Below, one piece after another: positions 36,061 through 47,422 of a stretch of DNA of 64,000 nt. How positions within the stretch are numbered: position 1 is the first letter of the stretch; each line of letters starts with the position of its first letter. The DNA lies in the NCBI GenBank assembly GCA_013265495.1, contig MU057719.1, forward strand, positions 312,001-376,000, read 5' to 3'. Under the pieces are notes generated by a model that saw only the letters and a list, made by a program, of their open reading frames with translations, was not told where the DNA came from and did not search any database. A program made the translations under genes and the position numbers. The stretch comes from Vicugna vicugna (taxonomy: Eukaryota).

Positions 36061-39000
36061 CCCGCATGCGGCAGGCGCCTGATTCACCGTCCCTGAGCTG
36101 AGCGGAGCCGGAAGCTAGGAGTGGCGCTCCCCCTCGGTTGGAGTCCCTCGCGGCTTGCGGTCTAGTTCAGCCCTGCCGCTCCCTGGAGCCTGGCTCGTCG
36201 GTTCGGCTCACTCGTGACTCGGGGGCTCCCCAGGCTCTGCACTCTCAGCCCCTGCCCACCCAGGAGGAGGGCGCCCCAGCTCCCCCACAAGTGCCCTGCC
36301 TGTAACCCCGCACAGACCTCAAAGGCACAGCAGCAGAGGGAAATCAGGACAGGTGAGGGCGCACGGTCCTCCTGGGGGGGGCGGTTCCGTGGCCGAGTGG
36401 AAACCACAGTGAGGTCAGGAGGAACGTGGAAAGGGCTCCGCGGGATCCCCGTGAGCGGGCAGCCCGGCCTGGGAGGGCCTGGCAGGGTGGGGGTGGACTT
36501 GCCCAAGCTCCACCCGCAGGTGGTTCGGGAAGAAGCCCCTACTCCACTCTTTCACTTTTTAAAAAAAATTTTTAAAGAAAAACAATTTAAATAATAAACT
36601 AAATAAATAAAATGAAGTCTCCAAACCAGGAACGGCGCTGACGGCTGCCTGCACCGTGGCAGCCGCCTGGGGGCCGGCCATGGCCACAGCGTACTCCCTG
36701 GACAGTGAGCTGGCTTCGCCTTGCGTGGGACTGAAGTTCAGGATTAGAGCCAGGGGGCGTTCTCTGTCTCCAGGGCCCTTGTGTCCCGCCTGGGATGCTG
36801 GCCTGTCGGGACGCTGTCCCGGGAGTGTAGCAGGTTTGTCTCTGACTCCAACCCCTCGGCCCTGGGGCACAGATGATGGGGGCTGCCGATCCCCATGTCA
36901 CAGGGGAAACTGAGGCAGAGTGATAACCCAGCTGGGCTCGCCAGCCCTCCAGCCAGAGGAAGTTGTCCCTGCTGGAGCCCCACCCAGAACACCTAGAATG
37001 CTGCTTCCTGGGGCCGACAGCCCAGGGCCTGGTGCGGAGAGGGCCGGACCCGAGCCGCCGCTCCAGGAGGGTGCAGCAGGGGCAGACCCTGGGGAGAAAG
37101 CAGCTGCCCAGTTGGAGGGGGAGGGCTCCTCTGGGGTGGAGGCCTGGTCAGACCCACCCCGCAGCCCCTCCCTGCCACCCCCACCGGGGAGAAGATCCTG
37201 CCTGGGAACAGTCACACTCGGGCCCGTGCCTCTCCCGGATGCCTACCGTCCAGAGAGGGTCCTCCCCAGCCACCGTCAGTTAGGGAGTGTGGGACGGAGG
37301 GGGCGGGGGTGGAGACCAGGAAGGGCCAGCAGCTGGCAGCCCTCCATGGAGGGCAAGCCCCCCCCCCACCGGCTGAAGGGTCCCTGGGCTGGACCCTCAA
37401 CCTCGCTGAGCCCGTGTCCTTCCTCAGAAGGGCGGCAGCAGCCAGCCAATCAATGGGGACTGGGAGGGGGCAGTGGGATTTGAATCCCGCACCTGGGGGT
37501 TCTGCCCACTGGGCCAGAACAGCCCGCGATGTGGGGGATGAGGGGGCACAAGGCGCCGGGACTCAGCCCTTCTTCCCTAGAACCCATCCAGAGGGCGCAC
37601 CACAGAGCTCCCCCACCGCCATGGGGACATCCCCAGCCACCAGGAGCCCCTCGGTCACATCGCCCCTTCTCCTGTGGAACCCTGTGCTCTTGCGCCGAGC
37701 CCGCCCTATGCCCCGTTGCAGGTCACCTCGCCGCCCTGAGCCTGACCTCCCGTCTGCAATGCACAGGTAACATTTGTTTCTGCTCCCGGACTCCACACCT
37801 GAGGGCTAAGACCGGAGGCCACCGCCAGCCTCCCTGGGGGCCCCGCTCTGGCCACCCTCCGTGCGCCGGGGGACGCCCACGGCAACGCACAGCGACGCAG
37901 GCAAACAGGAAGACACACAGCCGCAGCACCCAGGGGCACATCCCTGGGCTCGGCCTTGCTTTGGGGCCGGGGCACCCGGGGCTGTTCAATGACCACACCT
38001 CGTTCGGATGACTGCACTCAGCCCCGAGTGGCCAGCGGGCTCCGCAGGAGCCCCAGCAGAGCCCAGACCCCTGCCCCGCTCTGCACCCCTCTCCCTGACC
38101 CCCGCCTCCTTCTGGGGGCCGGGCAGGGGGGGCCCTGATCTAACCCTGAGGCCACTTGAACCCAGAGGTCAGCATCCGGGAGACGGCCCGAGGCCGATGC
38201 TTTAGTTTCTCCTGGCAGAACTACAGCTTCCTGCTTCCCAGGTAGAAGATGGAGCTCGGCTGTCAGATGGGGGACGGGCTGCTGACGAGCTTTGTGTGAA
38301 TAAATCAGAAACAGGCGGAGGAAACACCCCCGCGGTCTCACCGCAACGGCCAGGCACCAACGCTCAGGGGGAGTGTGTTGAGGGCAAAATGCCCCCGGGC
38401 CAACTCCAGCTCCGGCACAAACTCCCCGGGGACCCCACAGGCCGAACCTTTTCTGGGGACACAGCAGCTTGCGGGGAAGGGTCCAGGGCAGGAGGGTGTG
38501 CAGCCAGTTAGGCCCAAGGTACCCACAGGATGAATAGTCCTTAGAGGTAACCCCAGGAGCTCGAGGCCCAAGCCCTGGGCAGGTGGCTGCAGCCCAGACA
38601 CTCTCCTGTGAGTCTGCCTGGGCCTCAGTTTACCTGCCTGCTGAATGGGGACATCGACACTTGTGGGAACAGCCCCAGTGGGGCCACGCAGGAGGCCAGC
38701 CTCAGAGGCGTGGGTGTGCATGCTCTGGGGGAAAATTAGGGTCCCCCACCTTCTTGCAAATTGCTACCAGCAGTGTCCGACTCCTGTGGGCTTGCCACAA
38801 ACCTGCTTTCCCTCCATCACAGTGACTCGGTGACTCGGAAACCAAGCAGTGTGTCACTGCCTGTGTTGGCATTGCCAAGAGTGGTCACCCACAAAGCTCC
38901 CAGGTGCCCCACCCTCATACCCCCACCGGCACCGACCAGGCAGGCTGAGCACAAGGCCAGCTGGAGAACACATTCACTCCCTGGGCCCAGCCGAGATGGG

Positions 39001-42000
39001 CGCCCCACTTCCAGGCCGGGGTCACTGGGCCATGGCAGGCTGAGACCGGGTAGGTGAGCTTCCAGGGCACTGGGAAGGTGGGCAAGACTGAGGAGGAGGC
39101 TGGGAGAGAGCAGTGAGGACTGACAGTGGTGGGGAGTTGGGGAAGGAATAGGGGCAGGTCCAGGGAGCTGTGCAGCCAAGAAGAAGGAGTCAGGAAGCCC
39201 CGGGCAGGGCCAGGGTCCAGCCCAGAATCCACAGCCCCTCCTCCTCGAGGCCCTGGACACACTCCTCACCCCCAGCGCAGGCCCTGGGCTCCCCTGGGGG
39301 TAGCGGGGCAGGAGGAGAGGCCTCAGAGAGGAAGATTGTGTCCCAGGAGCAGGGTGCCTGGGTGCTCCTGGAACGTCCCCCGGGACACCACCACAGGGAC
39401 AGGAGTAAACAGACACCCACGGTGAGGGCTGTGCAGAGGCCCTGGAGATGAGCCATGAGAGGTTCCCCGGGTCTGGGAAGACGGGCGCCCACCCTGGCAC
39501 AAGAGTGACCATCAGCAAGGGCCCTGCCCCCCTCAGGGCCTCAGACACCCACAGTGGAGGGGCACGGCCGCTGGGACCACGGTCGCCGGGGGTGGCCTCT
39601 CGTCCGCGCCAGGTTCACGCCCCCACCTCCCAGGGCTGGGCTGAGAACCACAGCCAGAGGCCTTCGTGGGCAAGCGCAGGGCCCGGCCCCAGAACGTTCC
39701 TGAGGCTGAGAGGTTTCCCGAGGTCCCAGCGCCACTGGGACGGGATCTGGGTGGCGCTGGCTGGTTCACCAGCATGGTGATGACGTGAGTACACGGCTCA
39801 CTACGGGCTTCCTGGCCACGGCCCTCCAACCCCCACCCCCCCAGCCCCAGGCCCACTCTGGTTCACACCCCTGGAAACGAGGCCGGGAGAGCAGACGTGT
39901 CCACGTGGCGGGGGTTCTTCGCGGCGTGTCCCAAAGTCCTCCGTGACCCTCAGCCTGAGGCCCCCGGACCACTGCCTCTGCCCTCGACGGGACTGCAGTG
40001 CAGCAGCCCGTGTGGAGCAGGAAGGCCAGACGGCCCGGCCCCGCACATCTGGGCCCCCGGGAACCACGGCAGGTGAAGTGAAGTGGGGAGAGGAAGTGAA
40101 AGCTGGTGCTGTGGAGGGTGAGATGGCGGTGGGCCGGGGGCGGGGTCTCTGTCGAGGACAGGAGATCCGGGGAAGGGACAGCTGAGCTGGACGTGCAGGA
40201 GAGTGCAGCGTGATGGGCGGACAGGGAGGCAGGGACGCTGTCAATGGGGCTTACGCCAAGGGGCAGAGGTGTGGCCATAGCAGGGAGAGCGGGGACAGGA
40301 AGGCAGCCCAGGTGGGGTCCCCGGGTTCCCCTGGACATCCTCCGGAGGACGAGCGGGAGACGTGGAAGCTTGTGCAGGACCCGAGTGACGCGGTGGGATC
40401 TGTGTTCTAGAAAGATCCCGCCGGCTGACAGCCAAGAGCGGACGCATCCTCCAGGCGGAGCTGGAGAGGACCAGGGGTCAGGGCTCCAGAGACAGACGAG
40501 GAGGATCCTTGCTCCGTGGTGCTCATTTCCAGGGTCACCAGGGTGGCCAGGCCAGAGGGGAGAGAGCCCGTCTCCTGGAACTGGGGGCAGTCCCTGCCTG
40601 GAAGGGCCCCCGTGCGGGCGCTGGCCCCGCTGTGAGAAGCACGTGGGGAGGGGAGAGGCTCAGGAGGAGCTCTGCTTTTCTGATTTTCTTAGGCCCCAGA
40701 AGAGTCCGTCTGCCTGGTCTGAAGCTGAGCGTCCCTGCCTTGGAAATGCATCTGAGGGACAGTGCCCAGCTGGCTCCAGAGCCAGGGTCCCACGCCACCT
40801 GGTTAGGGGAGGGGACACTGAGCAGTGCCGGGAGGGAGCCCTGTGCGTGGGTGGCCTGGCCGGGACACAGCACTGCCCCATTAGAGGCCTGCTGCGGCCA
40901 GGGAGGAGGAGGCCTGTTACAGCAGCCTCTGCTCGTCCCAGGCTGGCCCTGGGGCCCAAGACACAGGCACAGGGCAGACGGCGGTGGCGGGGTGGCCTGC
41001 CCTGCGGGATCTGCTGTGCCTCTCCGTGTCCTGCGTCTCCTGGGAGGAGCCCCTCCATCTCCCCAACAGGGGTGCTGCTAGGTCCTCAACTGTGCCCCAC
41101 TGTACGGTCTGCCCCAGCCTGGGGGCCGCTGGGCAAGCCGCTGTCCCCTCCAGGGAGGAAACGGAGATGCGAGGAGGCAGCCACTTGGTGGCCCACACAG
41201 GCCTGTCTGCCCCGAGGCCCCTGGGCTGTCCCGGTTCCCACAGCCCCCACCAGTGCCTACCCCTAGGAGTGGCCGGAGGGTTCAGGTCCCAGCTCCCAAG
41301 GGACGTGGCTGCTGTTGTTCCCACAGCCCCTGGCACAGATGTCCAGCCTTCAAGTGCCGACACTGCTCAGGACCCCTGGAGCTGGGGAGGGCGGCCCCCC
41401 AGCTCCCAGGACAGGCCGGAGCCACACCAGGACTCCGGGAGGTGGGATGCCTGGACTGCTGGGCCCCACCTCGGAGAGGCTGCCTCCAGGCTGCAGCCCG
41501 GAATGTGGCTGGGTCAGAGCAGACCTTTCGCCTCTGTCCCAGAGTCGTTGGCACCCACGGACCATGCCCGGCTGTAGCTGGGGAACTGGGGGCTCCACTC
41601 AGTCCAGACCCTGCCCCAGACCTTCAGGCAAAAGGAGGGGGCTGAGAGCATCCGGGGACCGTCCCACGCCTGCCTGGCACGCACGGGTGTTTCCCTTCCA
41701 AATGTGAAGACACAGAGCAATTTTTTAGAGAGAAAATGCACTTGAGGTGAGAAGAGTAAAGCTGTCATGGGGGGAGGCAGGCGGGCAAAGGGGACGTCTA
41801 GAACCACCAAGCCGATGGGGCTGGAGAGCCTGCCCTGCCAGGGGGAGGAGAAGAAGGCATCTGGTCTGGCCTTGCGTCCCCGGTGTCACCGTGCGGGCTC
41901 AGGAGACAAGGACTCGCCACACCAGGCTGGCTCTCCCCTTGTGTAAACAGCCCTGGGAGAACCGCATGGGGCGTGAGGTCCACGGAAAGGAGGGGGTGGT

Positions 42001-43897
42001 GGTGGGCGAGGGTCGAGGGAGGCCGTTTGGGCAGGTGTGCCCCGTGTCCCCAGGCATGACTTAGAGCGAGCCAGAGGTGTGGGACCCAGGGGCCTGGGCG
42101 GGGCAGGAGTTGTCCGAGGCCTCAGTCAGTTAGCGTCCAGGCCGGGCCCGAAGCCAGCCTGCCCACTGACATCCTGCAGGTGGAACCGCAGCCCTTACAG
42201 TAGCCCCTCGGGGGCCAGAGCCACAATGACCGCTGTCACCTCCAGGTTCATCCAGGGCCCCTCACTCCCGGGTGGCGCCGCAGTCTGCCCAGGCTCTCCA
42301 GACCAGGGGTCCAAGAGTCTTCTGCCTCGAAACGTCCAATCCCCAACCCTCCAGGCGGCCCTCGCTCCCTGGGCAGGGCTTCGGCTCCCAGGCTCCTCCC
42401 TGCTGACAGGTAAATACCCACGAGCTGACCCCGCAGCAGGCTCCTCTCACAGCTTTCACGCAGAGCCTCAGACGAAGGGTGGGCTGCACCTTCCTCAGTG
42501 CCTGTCCCTCCAGGCCTGGGCGTGAGGACCCTCCAGTAAACGAGGCCACAGAAGGCTTCTCTCTTGAACAGGAAGACCTCTTTTCAGTCACATTTCCCTT
42601 TTCGCCCTGGCTGCCAGTAAGCTCAGCACTGCCCTCAGGGCCGGCCACATGGTCGCTCTGCTGGCTTCCCAACTCCATCCCTGGGGCTGGCTTTGCTTTC
42701 CCATCTCTTGTCTGTCTTCCTTGACATGCGTGTGTCCCTGGCAAACCTCCTCAGGCCTTGGAGGAGTAAGATGGCCTCACTTCATTTGCCTGAAGTTGCA
42801 TGCAGTGGAGCTGTATCCAGCAACAAAGCTGAAGTCCAAATGGGCCAGGAGGTCAGGAGGCAGTGGGTCCTGGGGAGGCAGGTCCAGGAGAAAGGAGGGA
42901 TGAGGGGAAAGGTCTGTGGGTCGCCCAGTGGTCTTCCGATGAGGGGTGCTGTCTGCCACAGGGTGGTCGTTGTAAAGGCTGGAACCTGGCGGGGCTGGAG
43001 GCGGCGGCACCGGGCAGGGGCAGGGGGCCTGGTCCCCGGGGCCCCACCTCCCACCGGGTGGCTCTGCTTTTCTTTCAGACTCAGCCCTCCAGCACGCAGC
43101 TTGAAGCAGCCTGTCTGTGGGCTCCAGCACCTTGGACGAGCCGTCTGCGGGGCGGGTACTGGGGGCGGGGGGTGCCCGGCCCCGGCCCTGCCCTTGGGGG
43201 CTCATGGCTGCGGGGGAGGCAGCCGGCACTGGCCTCCAGGCGGGAGCAGAGGATAAAGCCCCGCCGTGCTCGCCACTCCAGTCCTGCCTCAGGGAGAGGC
43301 TGAGCGGGGGTGCCCAGGGGTCCCTCACCAAATCCCGGTTACAAGGTCGTCATGATAGACTGGGGCCCTCTGTCAGCACAACAGTCACGGGTCTGCGGAG
43401 ACAGAGCGGGTGCTTTCAAGGCCCCCCTGTGCTGGTTCCTCTCTCGACGTTTTAATGCTCTGTGTCCCCAGGGACCCAATGTCAGAAGCCAGCAGCCCCG
43501 GGGGTGCGAGCGCCGGTCAGCAGTCCCAGGTCCGAGCCGGCGCCGTCCCGCACGGCGGGGAAGCCCAGCTGGCCCTTTAAGGAGGGGGGCCGCCGCTGGC
43601 ACCCGCGCGGCTGGCCCAGCGCAGAGCCGGGCACGTTCCTGATCCTGCTGGAAGGCTGAGCTGGAAAGGAGACAGCGTGTTCTCGCACAGCTCAGTAAAC
43701 AAGCCTGAAGTGTTTTGAAAGCCTCTGCCGATGTAAAGGACTGTGAAATAAATGCAAGAATTGCAAAAGAAGGGCCAGCTGCTGGGGAGGGGAGCGTGGG
43801 CGGGAGGAGGGCATCCAGGCTGCCCCCCCACCGGCTCCGGGTGCGTCTGTATGGTGATGGGTCACTGTGTGTGCCTGGGCTCCGGGCCACAGCCTGG

Positions 43898-43938
43898 GTG
43901 TGCAGATGTGGGGGCCGCGTGTGCAGATGTGGGGCCGC
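43898..43938. repeat. Two-copy tandem repeat of about 20 bp
   Basis: gtgtgcagatgtgggggccgc followed by gtgtgcagatgtggggccgc. Confidence 0.9.
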
Positions 43939-44449
43939 GCGCTCGCCCGACCGGCGAGGGTGCGCCTGGATCCGCGCCTCTGGGTCTGAACTCAGAGGGC
44001 GTGACGCCTGTGGGTGTTTCGGTGCCCGTGGGGCTGCCCCTGTGCCTGTGCCTGCGGCTGGGGCTGGTGTGTCTGCACACGCAGAGCGCAGCAGCGCCCC
44101 TGCCCGCCCCAGCTCTTCCCCGGGAGCCCAGCCGGAGGGGACCCAGGGTAAAGCCTCCCCTGGAAGGGAGCCGGGAGCCCCGCCCCCCAGGGAGCTAATT
44201 AAGGGAGCCCTGGCGTCTGAAGCTGCGACGTGGGCAGGAGCCCGGTGCTGAGGTGAGCCTGGCGGGGAGCACGCCTTGGGGCCTGGACCTGCTCACACAC
44301 TGCGATCGGCTCCTCCGGGAGTGTTTTACGCAGTAATGATGGTGCTGAGGGCACGGGAGCTCCTGCGGGGCTCTCCCGAGTGCTGGGGGAGGGGGCCTCA
44401 GACACCAGACCTGACCTTCCCGGCAAAGACCAGGATGGAGCCCCGCTCA

Positions 44450-44550
44450 GCCACTCCCTGCTCTGTGGACTGGAGCTCAGTTTCCTCATCTGTAAAACGG
44501 GCAGAACAGCGCCTCCATCCCAGGACGGTTGTGCGAGTTGGACGAGAGCC
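44450..44550 (+). mobile_element. MIR SINE remnant
   Basis: ctcagtttcctcatctgtaaaacggg...caggacggttgtgcgagttg, a near-perfect MIR core. Confidence 0.85.
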
Positions 44551-47289
44551 CTTGCAGGGGGACAAGGTGCCTACAGCAGAAACACACGCCCCGCCGCCCG
44601 CCCCACCCCTGCACTGTGGGCTGGAGGAGTGTGGCCAAGTCGGGCCTTGTTCTCCGAGCGCACTGGGACCGGCAGCCTCACCCTGGGGAGCAGGCAGGGT
44701 GTCGCTCTTCCTGGAATCATCCCCCCCAGATCCTCCACAGCCCAGCCCCCCCACAGCCCAGCCCCCCACCACGCCCCGTCACTCAGGAGCCAGGAGACGG
44801 GGCAGTCGGCTCGACTCAGGGCTGGGTGCTGGAGGGGCGCCCGCCCCAGGACAGGCACAAAGCAGAGCCAGGGAGGCAGGCGCCACGCTGCAGGAGAAAC
44901 ACGGCGGCCTTGGGACCATGGTGGGGCATCGGCCAGCCTGGGGAGCGGGGAGGCTGAGGCCTGAGAGGGCGGGGAGCCCAGGGAAAAGCAGGGCGGGCCA
45001 GGAGCAGGCACACAGTAGGTGCTCAGAGCCCGCTGAGTGAACGATTAAACCCTGTGAGGCTGGAGGAAACTGAATCCCAGAGAGGGCACGTCCCTCTAAG
45101 GTCACCAGGTCCTGTCTGCCTGGCCCCATGTGATGCCCCTCCCTGCCCGAGAGTGGGCTGGTGTCCCCAGGCCCGACGCCCGGGAAGGCCTGTCCCCACT
45201 GCTGCCCGCTCCCCGCCAAGTGCTGCAAACCCCTCCCGAGGCTCCGGGGTCAGAGCCAGAAGCCACTCTGTCCCCGGCATGGCTGGGGAGCCAGCCAGCT
45301 CGGGAACAGCCGAGTCCCTGAATACCTGCCTGAAGCCGCGGGGCGGCCTCGGGGGCAGAGCAGCGGCCTCCAGCCAGCGCCCACGGCCAGGCTGTCCACC
45401 CCTCGGGCGCCCGCGGCTGGCGCGTGGACTCCCCGCCGGCTGAGTCTCTGGGCACCTGTGAGCCAAACCACTCAGAAACCACAGGCCAAACGAACACACT
45501 TTCCAAAGTGCCCGGGAGAGAGGGAGACACCGCGGCTTCTGTGCCGCCGCCCCACCCCGCCCCGGGGAACTGAGGCAGCAAAGGGCGTGGGCGCCGGGGC
45601 AGGGTGGGACTCCACGCCCTGAGCTCCCCAGCCCCCGCCTGCTGTAGGCGCAGAAGCCCCTCTCCTGTGTCCAGCACTGGTCCTGGCCCTGAGGGGTCTG
45701 CTAACGCCCGGCAGGCCCTCTCCCTTCTCAGGAAAGGGACAAAGGCGGGAGGCATTGTCCCCGCCAGACTGGGACAGGGTGAAGCAGGGGGTGAGGACTG
45801 GTGACACGGCCACGCTGCCAAGACAGCCTCTCAGGGACCGATCTCTTGGCCGCGACATGGTGTCCTCCCACAGACTGGGCGCTTCCCCGGGGGCCTGGCT
45901 GGGTGTCCCCTCGGTGTCCTCAGTGTCCACAAGGCACCGACTCTCACAGCCCCGAAGGCCAGAGACACCGGGCCGGGTGCGCACGGCCTCGCTTCCCTAC
46001 GACCGCTCCAGGCGTGGCTGTGAGAGATCCCTTGACGTGTCAGTGGATGGACAGAGGGACAGGGGCCTTGAGCCCAGGGTCTCCCCCTGTCCCCAGGGGC
46101 CGAATGGCTGGGTCATTAGGACTTGGCTATCAACCCTCAGCCCAGGAAGGGGGGGAGGGAGGCGGGAACAAGGCCCCCAAGCTCCCAGAGGCAGCGAGAG
46201 GACAGGTGGGTGAGGCAGGGAAGGGAGTGGGTGTTCCTGGGACAGGGCAGTGTCCATCCTGTCCTGGGGGTGGGAGAGGGGAACCCACAGAGGATGTGTG
46301 CAGGAGCCTGTGGAGCGGGGATGGGTAGGGAGCAGGGGGAGGGTGTAGAGAGGTGGGATGGGGGAGGGGCAGGGGGAGGGGCAGGGGGAGGGTTCAGAGG
46401 GAGAGTACAGATGTGGCTCCTCAGTCCCCTTTCTGGCCTCCCGTCCCACATCTGTGAAAGGAGGAGGGGTCTGGCTGGAACTTCGTCCTGGTCCTTGGGG
46501 TCCAGGGCAGGGGACGTCTTAGTAAGAGGGACACCCCAGCTCTGTCGGTCACTCAGCCAGCGTGGAGAGGGTCCCAGGCTCTGTGCCAGCCTCGGGCTCT
46601 GGAGGAGCCCAGCCAGCACCACTCCTGCCTCAGAAGGCCCCCCAGTGACTGCACCCAGTAGTCACACCAAACCCGGAGCCCCTTCTCCTGCACCCAGCGC
46701 CCTCGCCTCCCTCTGGAGGGCCGGGCAAGGGGCGCCTGTCTGCGGGGACGCCCCCCCGCACTGAGGAGCCCTGTAGGCAGGGTGCCCGGGACCAGGACCC
46801 CCGCCCTCCCACACGCCTCGAACCCCCAGCAAAGCCCTTGCGGCACCGGGTACAGAGCGGCACCAGTACCAGCTGAGGGGAGCCTGCCGGGGCGGGGCAC
46901 CCCCACGGAAGAGCCTGTGAAAACTAATGCCGCGGGGTGTGCGGATCCCTGAGGAAACTCCTGTCATAAAAGACCCCAGGGGGGCTGCTGAGGGAAGAGA
47001 GGGAAACAAACGGGCAGCTGGGTGTGGAGGAGGAGGACGGAGACGCCCAGAACGGCCCTCTGGGGACCCAATGGCATCGCAGAGAAGGGGCGGCCAGAAG
47101 GGCACGGGGGTTGGGGTAGCAGCGCCCTGGCCACAGAAGCCCAGAGAGAGCTGACAGCCCCTGGCAGGGGTGGGGGATGGCAGAAATAGCTTCCCTCCTT
47201 CCCGCTCCAGACACCAGGTAATGCTTCGAGGAGGGGCTGTGGTCGCCCAGAGGAAGAGGAGCAGGGGCAGTGGGCAGGGTCCGGAGACT

Positions 47290-47422
47290 GATGTCTCTGC
47301 GCCTCAGTGTCCCACTCTGTAAAATGGGCACGTGTGTGGTCCTGACCCACCAGGGGTGCTGTGAGGATGAACCTAGGCGTGTGCGTGCAGGGTGCCAGGC
47401 CCACCCAGTACCTGATGAGCCT
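47290..47422 (+). mobile_element. MIR SINE remnant
   Basis: tctctgcgcctcagtgtcccactctgtaaaatggg...ggtgctgtgaggatgaa matches MIR. Confidence 0.8.

Noticed and set aside
36550..36615. Abrupt A/T-only stretch containing AATAAA
   Set aside because: Probably a decayed poly(A) or retroelement tail; no upstream exon evidence for a real polyadenylation site.
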